From contig MKTC01000013.1 in NCBI GenBank assembly GCA_001897535.1, positions 90,519-154,518 on the forward strand: DNA of 64,000 nucleotides. Reading direction: 5' to 3'. The notes under the pieces were generated by a model. The model did not search any database. It was not told the DNA's origin and saw only the letters and a program-made list of their open reading frames with translations. Below are positions 29,710 to 39,053 of the stretch, piece after piece (position 1 is the stretch's first letter; the number at the start of each line of letters is the position of its first letter). The translations under genes and the position numbers were made by a program. The DNA comes from Bacteroidetes bacterium 37-13. GTDB taxonomy: Bacteria; Bacteroidota; Bacteroidia; Chitinophagales; LD1.

Positions 29710-31611
29710 TTACTCCCATTCAAACTTTCCTGTTTTAGCGTTGCATTTTACTAATTCTGCATCGGATAAAAACTGTAAACAGCGCACAATAACTTCTGGT
29801 TTTTGAGCTGTAGTTTCTGCTAATTCTTGTATGGTTTTAGGCTGAACCAGAAGTGTTTCTAATTGCTTCATCAGCGATTCAAACTGTTTAGTATTTAATC
29901 CACTTTTTTTCTCAGCAATACACACATCACACACGCCACATTTCTGTATAATTTCTTCACCGAAGTAGCTAACCAAAATATTACTTCTGCAAAAATGAAC
30001 AGAAGAAATATAATGAAGCATTGCTTTTGCACGCTCTACAATTTGCTCTTTCCTCAACTTGAGCAAATCGTAATCTAACTGCAAATGTTTGGCATCTACT
30101 CTTTCGTGCAATAGTGTAATTTGAGGCTCTTCACTTATTGGCTGGTAATTAAAAATGCGGAGTTGCTGCAAGGTTTTTATTTGCGATTGAAATTCGACAA
30201 AGTCAATACTTAATCGCTTCAAAATTTCTTTTTCGTGCAGCACAGAAAAATCTTCAAAAACACCTTCGCTGGTGCGCAAAATCATTTTGGTGAGCGGCTC
30301 TAAACTTGGGTTTGCCGCATACAATTTCATGAGTGCATCTTTGCTTACTAAACACTTAACAGTAGAAAACGGCATAGATGTTTCTGTAATGGAAACAATT
30401 TCCATTTGCTCTAATAATTTTAACTGAACAAGCGAATCGCGAATTGGAATTTTGTTTTCTGCGGCAAAGGCTGAAACACTGAAATTTACAGCACTTGAGG
30501 GTTTATTATGCAAAGGAATTTTTAAATAATTACAGAGTAAATTATACGTGTTGCGCAAGTTTTCGGGCAATGGAAAATGCTCGATAATATCTTTTAGAAG
30601 TTTCTTGTCAGTTTCATTTATCAATAAAACACAATATGCTTTTTTGCCATCTCTTCCTGCTCTTCCTGCTTCTTGAAAATAGGCTTCTAAACTTTGTGGT
30701 GTTTCCAAATGAATAACCGTGCGCACATCGGGTTTATCAATTCCCATACCAAAAGCATTGGTGCAAACGATGATGCGCGTTTTGCCTTCTATCCAATTTT
30801 CTTGCTTGCTACTCCTTTCTGTAGCGCTTAAGCCGGCATGATAAAAATCGGCACTAAAACCGTTTTGAATTAAGAATGTTGCAATATGCTTTGTGGCTTT
30901 TCGAGAGTTTACATACACCACCGAACTGCCCGGAACATTCTTTAAAATATGAACTAATTGTGTGTTTTTATCGAATGTTTGACGTACTACATAACTTAGA
31001 TTTTCGCGCACAAAACTTTTAGCAAAAACCTTTGGCTCTTTAAAGTGCAATTTCTCAACAATGTCTTTTGCTACTTTGGGTGTGGCAGTTGCAGTAAGTG
31101 CCAAAATTGGAATTTTTGGAAGCAGTTCACGCACTTCGGCAATTTGTAAATATGGTGGGCGAAAATCGTAGCCCCATTGTGAAATACAGTGTGCTTCATC
31201 AACAGCAATTAAATTTACTTTCATTTGCTTCATAGCTTCGCGAAACGAAGATGTGGCAAGCCTTTCAGGTGAAACGTAGAGGAGTTTAACATCGCCAAAG
31301 ATACAGTTTGAAAGTATAGTTTGAATTTGATGTATTTGCAATCCGGTATAAATTGCTTCTGCTTTTATTCCCTTATTTTTAAGGTTAAAAACTTGGTCTT
31401 TCATTAAAGCAATAAGTGGAGAAATCACGATGCAAATTCCATCTAAAACTAAGGCTGGAACTTGAAAGCAAATTGACTTTCCGCCACCGGTTGGAAGTAG
31501 CGCTAAAGTGTCATTTCCTTGCAGTACACTTAGCACAATTTCTTCCTGTAGCGGACGAAAATTTTCGTAGCCCCAATATTTCTTTAAAACTTGCTTTGAA
31601 GAAAATTGCAT
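29710..31611 (-). CDS. recQ: ATP-dependent DNA helicase RecQ
   Basis: Motifs LPTGGGKS, DEAHCISQWGYDFRP, TATAT and QEAGRAGRDG, plus the RecQ Zn-binding region C..C..CDVC. Confidence 0.93.
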   Translation of the reverse strand: MQFSSKQVLKKYWGYENFRPLQEEIVLSVLQGNDTLALLPTGGGKSICFQVPALVLDGICIVISPLIALMKDQVFNLKNKGIKAEAIYTGLQIHQIQTILSNCIFGDVKLLYVSPERLATSSFREAMKQMKVNLIAVDEAHCISQWGYDFRPPYLQIAEVRELLPKIPILALTATATPKVAKDIVEKLHFKEPKVFAKSFVRENLSYVVRQTFDKNTQLVHILKNVPGSSVVYVNSRKATKHIATFLIQNGFSADFYHAGLSATERSSKQENWIEGKTRIIVCTNAFGMGIDKPDVRTVIHLETPQSLEAYFQEAGRAGRDGKKAYCVLLINETDKKLLKDIIEHFPLPENLRNTYNLLCNYLKIPLHNKPSSAVNFSVSAFAAENKIPIRDSLVQLKLLEQMEIVSITETSMPFSTVKCLVSKDALMKLYAANPSLEPLTKMILRTSEGVFEDFSVLHEKEILKRLSIDFVEFQSQIKTLQQLRIFNYQPISEEPQITLLHERVDAKHLQLDYDLLKLRKEQIVERAKAMLHYISSVHFCRSNILVSYFGEEIIQKCGVCDVCIAEKKSGLNTKQFESLMKQLETLLVQPKTIQELAETTAQKPEVIVRCLQFLSDAELVKCNAKTGKFEWE

Positions 31612-31938
31612 TGGCGCAAAATGGTGAAAAATATTGCAATAATGTTATGCCGTTTTTGCTTTTAGTATCTCAACTAAGAGTATTTTCACGATATGTGAAT
31701 CTGCTTTAATTGTTCTGGCTAAGTTTAGATGCTACTATTTGACTTGCTATGTCAATTAAAATAATTTCATTCGATTTTTTTTTGATTCAAAATGCTAGAA
31801 AAAATTGGCAATGCCTTCATAAATATTCTCCTTTAATCTTTGTGTGAAGCTGCTACAAAGTTTTGAGCTTATATCAGCAGGAATTGAATTTCTCAAAGCA
31901 ATATCAGCATAAATAAAAGAGAGAAAATACACGGAATA

Positions 31939-33183
31939 TCAAGGCTTCACACCAAGCTTTCCGATGCTTAAAAGCAATCGCTTGAATGCCGGACCGTGGC
32001 TGCCCGGGCGGTTATGCACAAAACCATCAAAAAACATTTTGGTGTAAACTATTGAAAATAAAGCACAACTCAGATGTTTGAACTTTTTACCTGCGCGCCA
32101 AAGTTCAACATTTTTTGCTCCATTGGCTTTCATAGTTTCATAAGCAATGATTGAGTTTTTGTAAGTTACTTGTTCATCGTTGTCGCAATAGCAAAGCTGC
32201 ACAGGAGCTTCGGGCTTCCAATCAAAAACACTATTATCTCTCAGCCATTTTCTAAATGGTTGATTGGAATCTGCAACAAATGCTTGATAAAATTCAGGTT
32301 TTACAGCTTTAAAAGCCGTATCAGGCAATAGTTTATTCACTTCCTCCATTGGGTAATCTCCATTCATAAGTGGCGGCAAAAGCGAATCAATCGGGCTAAT
32401 AAAAACTTCGCCCAAATCATTTGGTTTTCCAATACTTTCGTAGAAGCCTTTCATCATATAAGCCATGTAGCCTGGATGGTCGTAGTGCTTATTTCTTCCT
32501 TCATAAACAGTATATTCTACATTGTATGGGCCAGACATTGGCGAACTGGCAGTAACTTTATATCTATCGGAATATTTTTCTTGCAATTCGCGGTGAGTAG
32601 CTAAACAAGCGTGCCCGCCTTGTGAGTAGCCGGAAAGAAAAAGTTGGTTAAATCCTTTCACTCCAAAATTTTGAATAGAATCGGTAACCACATTCATCAT
32701 ATCAATAGTAGCATCTGCTTCGGTTTGTGCGTGTAGGTACAAATGGCAGCGTTCGCCTTCAGCCATGCCAATATAATCAGGCATGAGTACTAAATAATTA
32801 TCGGTGGCATAAGCCATACACATCGCTTGTTCTCCTCTAAAAGTAAGTGAGCGCTCTCTGCAAATTTCGGTACCTTGATTGTAAACCATCATAGGTATTT
32901 TTTTGCTTTGATTTTGTGGAGCAAAAACCAAACCCGATGCTTTCACAATACTTCCATCTGCATAAGTAGAAGTATAGAGAACATCATAAATATTAATACC
33001 TTCTCGTGCGCCAAGAAAAAGAGCAGGAATACCATTTTTTTTAAAAAACTCTTTTAACTCTTCTGCAGAAAAAGAACGTATGAGTTCCTTTTTGAGCAAT
33101 ACGCTTGCCTTTTTTGCTGGCGCTTCGGCATTTACGGCAAAAAAACTTACAATAAAAAATAAGAGAAATATAAAATGAGGCAT
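31939..33183 (-). CDS. secreted alpha/beta-hydrolase (lipase/esterase-like)
   Basis: Signal peptide MPHFIFLLFFIVSFFAVNAEA and nucleophile elbow GYSQGG. Substrate unknown. Confidence 0.7.
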   Translation of the reverse strand: MPHFIFLLFFIVSFFAVNAEAPAKKASVLLKKELIRSFSAEELKEFFKKNGIPALFLGAREGINIYDVLYTSTYADGSIVKASGLVFAPQNQSKKIPMMVYNQGTEICRERSLTFRGEQAMCMAYATDNYLVLMPDYIGMAEGERCHLYLHAQTEADATIDMMNVVTDSIQNFGVKGFNQLFLSGYSQGGHACLATHRELQEKYSDRYKVTASSPMSGPYNVEYTVYEGRNKHYDHPGYMAYMMKGFYESIGKPNDLGEVFISPIDSLLPPLMNGDYPMEEVNKLLPDTAFKAVKPEFYQAFVADSNQPFRKWLRDNSVFDWKPEAPVQLCYCDNDEQVTYKNSIIAYETMKANGAKNVELWRAGKKFKHLSCALFSIVYTKMFFDGFVHNRPGSHGPAFKRLLLSIGKLGVKP

Positions 33184-33303
33184 TGCTTTGTGAGCGCAAA
33201 GTTAGCAAAGTGTTTAATGGAGTTTTACTAAAAAAAGTGTTTTTCTTACTCAAAAATCATAAAAAATATGCTGTGAATAAGTCATAATCTGCATAAAGAG
33301 AAT

Positions 33304-34068
33304 TTGAATAAAATTACATTCGCACACAGTACAAGAACATTGAGCAAGAACATCGTAATAATTCCTACTTACAACGAATTGGGCAACATAGAAAAAATGG
33401 TGCGCAAAGTGATGTCGTTACAACCGAGTTTTAATTTATTGGTAATAGATGACGGTTCGCCCGATGGCACGGCTGATGTTGTAAAACGCTTGCAAAACGA
33501 ATATGCCGAGCGGCTTTTTTTGATGCAACGCAGCGGCAAGTTGGGTTTGGGAACTGCTTATATCGCAGGTTTTAAATGGGCTTTGCAAAATGGCTACGAA
33601 TATATTTTTGAAATGGATTGCGACTTTAGCCATAATCCTGATGATTTAGTGCGCTTGCTAAGTGAAGCTCAAAATGGTTGCGATTTAGTAATTGGTTCGC
33701 GCTATGTGCAAGGTGGAGGTTTTGTGAATTGGCCACTAAGCAGAATTTTGCTTTCGCGCTTTGCTTCAGTATATGTAAACTTAGTTACTTGGCTTGGCAT
33801 TGCAGATACCACAGCGGGCTTTGTTTGCTTTAAGAAAGAGGTTTTGCAAACTATAAATTTAGATAGCATAAAATTTGTTGGCTACACTTTTCAAATAGAA
33901 ATGAAATACGCTACCAAGCAATTAGGCTTTAAGATAAAAGAAATACCAATCATTTTTACTGAAAGAGTAGAAGGAGTAAGTAAAATGAGTACCAATATTG
34001 TGAAAGAAGCGATTGGTGGTGTGCTGCGTATTCGCTGGAATAGCTTGTTTAATTCTTATAGAAAATAG
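33304..34068 (+). CDS. polyprenol-phosphate mannosyl/glycosyl transferase (GT2, Dpm1-like)
   Basis: Contains IVIIPTYNE, DDGSPDGT and MDCDFSH (DxD). 254 aa. TTG start at 33304, with no in-frame ATG before the conserved N-terminus. Confidence 0.85.
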   Translation: MNKITFAHSTRTLSKNIVIIPTYNELGNIEKMVRKVMSLQPSFNLLVIDDGSPDGTADVVKRLQNEYAERLFLMQRSGKLGLGTAYIAGFKWALQNGYEYIFEMDCDFSHNPDDLVRLLSEAQNGCDLVIGSRYVQGGGFVNWPLSRILLSRFASVYVNLVTWLGIADTTAGFVCFKKEVLQTINLDSIKFVGYTFQIEMKYATKQLGFKIKEIPIIFTERVEGVSKMSTNIVKEAIGGVLRIRWNSLFNSYRK

Positions 34069-34087
34069 TGCTCACTTTCTTCTATTC

Positions 34088-34840
34088 TCAACTACTTTTT
34101 TCGGCATGGTTTGTGCCAAGCACCACATCTTTTCCTAATACTTGAATTGCATTGTGTGCAGCATTTTGCTCTGCATTTTTTTTGTTGAAACCTTCGCCTG
34201 CTGCCACAAATTCACCATTTATCATAATGTGCATCACGAAATAATTTCTATTGCCCTTTTTACTTTGCTCATGCAGCGTAAATTCTAAAACTTTCGATTC
34301 GCGTTGAGCAAATTGATAGAGTTTGCTCTTGAAATCAATTTCGGTGGCTAAAATTTCATCAATATCTAATAGTTGCGACAGCACTCGCTTTTGAATAAAT
34401 TTTTTGGTAGGCTCAAAACCGGCATCTAAATAAAGTGCACCAACTAACGCCTCGAAAGTATTGCCTGCCATATCTTTTGTGGTGCTTCCTATTTGACGCT
34501 TGTGGTATTTTAGTTTAGTCATTAACCCAATGCGCTCTCCCAACTCGTTTAGTTGTTTTCGGTTCACCACTTTAGAGCGTAGTAGTGTAATAAAACCTTC
34601 GCCTTTGTAAGGATATTTTTTGTATAAATAATCGCAAACACAAGCATCTAAAATAGAGTCGCCCAAAAGTTCTAAGCGCTCGTTATTTAGTTCAGGTTGC
34701 GCAAATATAGAGCGGTGATTAAACACCTGTTTGTAGAACTTGATTTTAGTAGGCACAATTCCGGTAATGCCTTTAATAAAGGCTACCAGTTCCTTGTCTG
34801 AGGAAAAAAAGCGATTGTAAAATTGTTCTATCACTGCCAA
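34088..34840 (-). CDS. rnc: ribonuclease III
   Basis: Signature ERLELLGDSILD and a C-terminal dsRBD (GEGFNKKNAEQNAA). TTG start. Confidence 0.9.
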   Translation of the reverse strand: MAVIEQFYNRFFSSDKELVAFIKGITGIVPTKIKFYKQVFNHRSIFAQPELNNERLELLGDSILDACVCDYLYKKYPYKGEGFITLLRSKVVNRKQLNELGERIGLMTKLKYHKRQIGSTTKDMAGNTFEALVGALYLDAGFEPTKKFIQKRVLSQLLDIDEILATEIDFKSKLYQFAQRESKVLEFTLHEQSKKGNRNYFVMHIMINGEFVAAGEGFNKKNAEQNAAHNAIQVLGKDVVLGTNHAEKSS

Positions 34841-34940
34841 AAATTCGCTCCTAAAATAAAGTCTTTCTTTGGTATTGTGTTTTGAAAATCTTATTCATTA
34901 AGATTTTGTACTAAAACGAAAGTAATTTCAATACAAAAAA

Positions 34941-36464
34941 TCAAGGCGTAAGTCTTCCATAAAATCTTGGGAATGGAATAGATTCACGAACGTGTTGCAA
35001 GCCGCAAATCCACGTTACCAAACGCTCTAAACCTAAGCCAAAACCGCTGTGTGGCACATTGCCAAACTTACGTAAATCCAAGTACCATTCAAAAGCTTCC
35101 ATTGGCAATTCGTGCTCCACAATTTTGCGCTTTAAGCGTTCAATATCTGTTTCGCGCTCGCCACCGCCCACAACTTCTCCGTAGCCTTCCGGTGCTAATA
35201 AATCCACACCTTTTACGTATCCTTTATCGTTTTCATCTTCTTTCATGTAGAAAGCTTTTACTTCTTGTGGCCAGTTGTAAACCATAATTGGTTGCCCAAA
35301 CATTCTTGTCAAAACAGTTTCATCGCTTCCTCCAAAATCGTTGCCGCGTTCAAAGTTTTGAGCGCTGTTGAGCCATGTTGGAATGTTGGCTGCTTTTTCG
35401 AGCAAATCCGCAATTTCATTCTTTAAAGTATCAATTTTGCTTCGGTTGAAATTGGCTTCACCTTTGGTTAAAGAACCGCTTGCAATCTTAGCTTCACGCT
35501 CTGCAATATCTTTTTCGGCAGAAGCAATATTATCTTTCAGCGCAGCTAAATCTTCTTCTAAAATTTGAATAGTGGTTTTACCATTCACTGTTTTTTCTCC
35601 TTTAATTATATCAACCGCCTCTTCATATTTCATACGAATAAATGGCTCGCGTACTCTTTCTAAAAACGAAGTGTTGCGCTCCAATGCTTGTAATTCTGTT
35701 TGGCAATTGTCTAACACTTTTGAAACCACATAACGGATAAAATCTTCAATCAAATCCATATCCATTTTTAGGTCGTAGAAAGCCATTTCGGGTTCTATCA
35801 TCCAAAATTCGGTAAGATGCCTTCTGGTTTTACTTTTTTCAGCTCTAAAGGTTGGTCCAAACGTATAAATTAAACCTTGTGCCATTGCCATTGCTTCACC
35901 ATAAAGTTGGCCACTTTGCGAAAGGTAAGCAGGATCGCCAAAGTAATCAGTTTCAAATAAGTTTGAAGTTCCTTCACAAGCATTTCCGGTAAAAATAGGC
36001 GCATCCATTTGCACAAAATTGCGCTGCTGAAAAAATTCGTGAATGGCGAAAATAATAGTGTTGCGAATACGCATAATTGCCCATTGGCGCTTAGAACGAA
36101 GCCACAAGTGGCGATGATTAAGCAAAAAATCGGGACCGTGTTCCTTTCTTCCAATCGGATATTCTTCGGCAATAGCAATGACTTGAAGCGAAGTTGCTTG
36201 CAGTTCGTAGCCGCCAAATTGCTTTTCGTTTTTTATTACTTTGCCTTGTATAGAAAGGGAACTCTCCAAAGATAAGCGTTTTGCGTCTTCAAACATTTGC
36301 TCGCCTACTATATTTAGGTCAATTACACATTGCACAAAACCTGTTCCATCGCGCAGGGTAAGAAACACTAATCCTTTGCTGTCGCGCTTGTTGGCGTTCC
36401 AGCCTTTTAAAACTACCTCTTGGTTCTCTAATTTGCTAAGTTGATTGATATATGTTGATTGCAT
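34941..36464 (-). CDS. asnS: asparagine--tRNA ligase
   Basis: Class IIb motifs FRAEKSKTRRHLTEFWMIEPEMAF and GFGLGLERL. 507 aa, including a helical insertion at about residues 295-370. Confidence 0.93.
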   Translation of the reverse strand: MQSTYINQLSKLENQEVVLKGWNANKRDSKGLVFLTLRDGTGFVQCVIDLNIVGEQMFEDAKRLSLESSLSIQGKVIKNEKQFGGYELQATSLQVIAIAEEYPIGRKEHGPDFLLNHRHLWLRSKRQWAIMRIRNTIIFAIHEFFQQRNFVQMDAPIFTGNACEGTSNLFETDYFGDPAYLSQSGQLYGEAMAMAQGLIYTFGPTFRAEKSKTRRHLTEFWMIEPEMAFYDLKMDMDLIEDFIRYVVSKVLDNCQTELQALERNTSFLERVREPFIRMKYEEAVDIIKGEKTVNGKTTIQILEEDLAALKDNIASAEKDIAEREAKIASGSLTKGEANFNRSKIDTLKNEIADLLEKAANIPTWLNSAQNFERGNDFGGSDETVLTRMFGQPIMVYNWPQEVKAFYMKEDENDKGYVKGVDLLAPEGYGEVVGGGERETDIERLKRKIVEHELPMEAFEWYLDLRKFGNVPHSGFGLGLERLVTWICGLQHVRESIPFPRFYGRLTP

Positions 36465-36671
36465 AGGCGGGCGAAGATAAGCGCTTTAGAATTATGTTTT
36501 TATTTTATGTGGTTTTGTGTCTTTAATTTGTGTGAAAATGACTGCTCTGCAAGAAGTTGGCTTTTTAAAAGTAGCTTTTGGTAACTATTGTGCAGAAAGT
36601 ATATTTTGCTAAATTCAACTTAAAACTTTCTGTTTTATTTGCGGAACACTAATGCATTACACAATAGCAAT

Positions 36672-37316
36672 ATGAAGATAAGCCGCTACGGAATTTCATT
36701 GGAGCGAATTAAGCAAGAACATTGTGAGATGCTTCGTTTGTGGCGCAACGATCCCAAAATTTCGCGCAATATGTTTCACCACGGCATCATCACTGCAGAG
36801 ATGCAAACAGAGTGGTTTAGCAACGTAAACAACTATCAAAACTTCTTTTTTCTTATTCAATATCATTCAAAACAAGTTGGCTTAATCAACATGTCTTCCA
36901 TTGATTGGAATGAACACACAGCATTTAGCGGATTGTTTATTTATGACGATAATTATTTAGGAACTGATGTGCCGGTGCGCGCTTCACTCACTGTGTTAGA
37001 TGTGTTTTTTTTGTTGGGAGGAATTAAAAAAGTATTCGCCAAAATTAGAGAAGATAATTTAGTTGCACATCGCTACAATACACAATTGGGTTTTGTGAAA
37101 CAACGAAAAATCGAGCTTGGGCAAGGTTTTGAGTACGAATTGAAGCAAAGCGATTATTTCAGCGCTACCGAAAAATTAAGAAAATTAGCAGCAAAAGAAC
37201 AGAACAAAACAGTAATAGAATTTGAAAATTCGGACTTGGATATAGAGCTGAAAAATATGCTTCTTACCAATGTTTCGGAGGTGGCAAAAGAAAAATTACA
37301 ATTAGAAGTTGAATGA
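36672..37316 (+). CDS. GNAT-family N-acetyltransferase
   Basis: Acetyltransferase-like core (LRLWRNDPKI...VGLINM...AKIREDNLVAHRYNTQLGF). ATG 36672 is preferred to the track's TTG 36639. Its stop overlaps the galK start (ATGA). Confidence 0.7.
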   Translation: MKISRYGISLERIKQEHCEMLRLWRNDPKISRNMFHHGIITAEMQTEWFSNVNNYQNFFFLIQYHSKQVGLINMSSIDWNEHTAFSGLFIYDDNYLGTDVPVRASLTVLDVFFLLGGIKKVFAKIREDNLVAHRYNTQLGFVKQRKIELGQGFEYELKQSDYFSATEKLRKLAAKEQNKTVIEFENSDLDIELKNMLLTNVSEVAKEKLQLEVE

Positions 37317-38425
37317 TTTTGAAGATGAAAAAATATTTTGCTCCGGGTAGAATAAATTTAATTGGAGAACATATTGATTACAATGGCGGTTTGGTTTTGC
37401 CTGCTGCAATTTCAATAGGCATCACAGCGTATGTTTCAGAAAGCAGCGATGCTATGTTTAAGCTTTCATCTGCTACACACAGCGAAGTGCTTACTTTTTC
37501 AGCAACAGAAAATTTTACTTTCAACAAAGAAAAAGCATGGCTCAATTATCCTTTAGGCGTTTTTCAGTTTTTGAAAGAGAAAGGATTTTCACTCAAGCCA
37601 TTGCATATACATTTTGAAAGTTCATTGCCCGAAAGCAGCGGATTGTCTTCTTCTGCAAGTGTGGAAGTGCTTACCATGTTTTTGCTTTTGCAAGAAAGCG
37701 ACTACGAAATTTCGCACCAGCAAATTGCAGTTTGGTGTAAAGAAGTGGAGAATGATTTTATAGGTGTAAACTGTGGTATTATGGATCAATTTTGTATTGC
37801 AAATGCCGAACCCAAAAGCGCTATGATGTTGAATTGCGCTACGCTTGAGTATGAAAATACAGAGATAGATTTCGGTGAGAAAAAGATAGCCATTTTAAAC
37901 ACCAAAAAACCGCGCAATCTCATTCATTCAAAGTATAACGAACGAAGAAGCGAATGTGAACAAGCGCTTGCAATTATTCAACAAAAGAGAAACAGTGCAG
38001 CAGCTAATTTGTGCGAATGTTTGATTGAAGATATTGAATGTATAGAAAATGAAATTATTAAGCAGCGCGCACGTCATGTGATTGAAGAAAATAAGCGTGT
38101 GAAGCAAGCGGTAGAAGTTTTAAAAAATAATGATATTGCTACGTTTGAAGCATTGCTTAAACAATCGCACCAATCACTAAAACATAATTACGAAGTAAGC
38201 GGTACAGAGTTAGACGCTATTGTTGATGCAGCTTTGAACCACGAATCTTGCTCTGGCGCACGAATGACAGGCGCAGGTTTTGGTGGCTGTGCCATTGCTT
38301 TAGTTCAAGCAAATGCGTTTGAAGAGTTTAAAGATTTTGTGATAAAGCAATATGCTCAAGCCACAGGATTGCAAGCAGAAATTTATCTTTGCGACATTGG
38401 AGAAGGTGTAAAAATTTTAGAATAA
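37313..38425 (+). CDS. galK: galactokinase
   Basis: Galactokinase signature GRINLIGEHIDYNGG and GHMP motif PESSGLSSSAS. The start could instead be ATG 37325. Confidence 0.9.
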   Translation: MILKMKKYFAPGRINLIGEHIDYNGGLVLPAAISIGITAYVSESSDAMFKLSSATHSEVLTFSATENFTFNKEKAWLNYPLGVFQFLKEKGFSLKPLHIHFESSLPESSGLSSSASVEVLTMFLLLQESDYEISHQQIAVWCKEVENDFIGVNCGIMDQFCIANAEPKSAMMLNCATLEYENTEIDFGEKKIAILNTKKPRNLIHSKYNERRSECEQALAIIQQKRNSAAANLCECLIEDIECIENEIIKQRARHVIEENKRVKQAVEVLKNNDIATFEALLKQSHQSLKHNYEVSGTELDAIVDAALNHESCSGARMTGAGFGGCAIALVQANAFEEFKDFVIKQYAQATGLQAEIYLCDIGEGVKILE

Positions 38426-38429
38426 AACT

Positions 38430-39011
38430 ATGTTAGGATTAAAACTTCCAACCGACCCGCGCTGGGTAAATTTGGCTGAAAAAAGTATTGAAGAAATACT
38501 TACAGATCATGCTTATTGCGAACAAAAAGCAACTTCAACTTCTATTTCGCTTATTCAAAATTATCCTGAATTTGAAGAGATGGTAGAAGCACTTATTCCA
38601 ATAGTTAGCGAAGAGTGGGGACACTTTAAAATGGTATTGGAGCAATTAAAAAAGCGCGGATTAAAACTTGGCATTCAACGGAAAGATAAATATGTGAATG
38701 CACTTCAAAAGTTTTTAAAAAAGGGTGATAGCCGTAAAAATTCTTTGATAGAGAAATTACTTTTTTCTGCTTTAATAGAAGCGCGGAGTTGCGAACGCTT
38801 TAAGCTGCTAAGCAAAGAAATAAACGATGAAGAACTTCGAGATTTTTACAAAAAACTAATGGTAAGCGAAGCAGGACATTACAAGCTATTTTTAGATATG
38901 GCTTGCAATTTAGGAGATAAAGAAAAGGTGCTGCAACGCTGGGAAGAATGGCTGCACTACGAAGCAGAAGTGATGCAAAATTTAAGTTTGCGTGGCGATA
39001 GAATACACTAA
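38430..39011 (+). CDS. miaE: tRNA-(ms2io6A37) hydroxylase
   Basis: 193 aa. Diiron ligand pattern DHAYCEQKA ... EEWGHF ... EARSCERF ... SEAGHY, typical of MiaE. Confidence 0.82.
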   Translation: MLGLKLPTDPRWVNLAEKSIEEILTDHAYCEQKATSTSISLIQNYPEFEEMVEALIPIVSEEWGHFKMVLEQLKKRGLKLGIQRKDKYVNALQKFLKKGDSRKNSLIEKLLFSALIEARSCERFKLLSKEINDEELRDFYKKLMVSEAGHYKLFLDMACNLGDKEKVLQRWEEWLHYEAEVMQNLSLRGDRIH

Positions 39012-39053
39012 ATTAAGTGTAATGTAAAATCGTGTTATTTTGCATTTTGCAAT

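Noticed and set aside
35052-35068. Sigma-54 promoter search (TGGCAC-N5-TTGC), prompted by the presence of rpoN. TGGCAC occurs at 35052 and 56775.
   Set aside because: Both hits are inside coding regions (asnS and ftsA) and have the wrong spacing to any TTGC. No intergenic match was found by eye.
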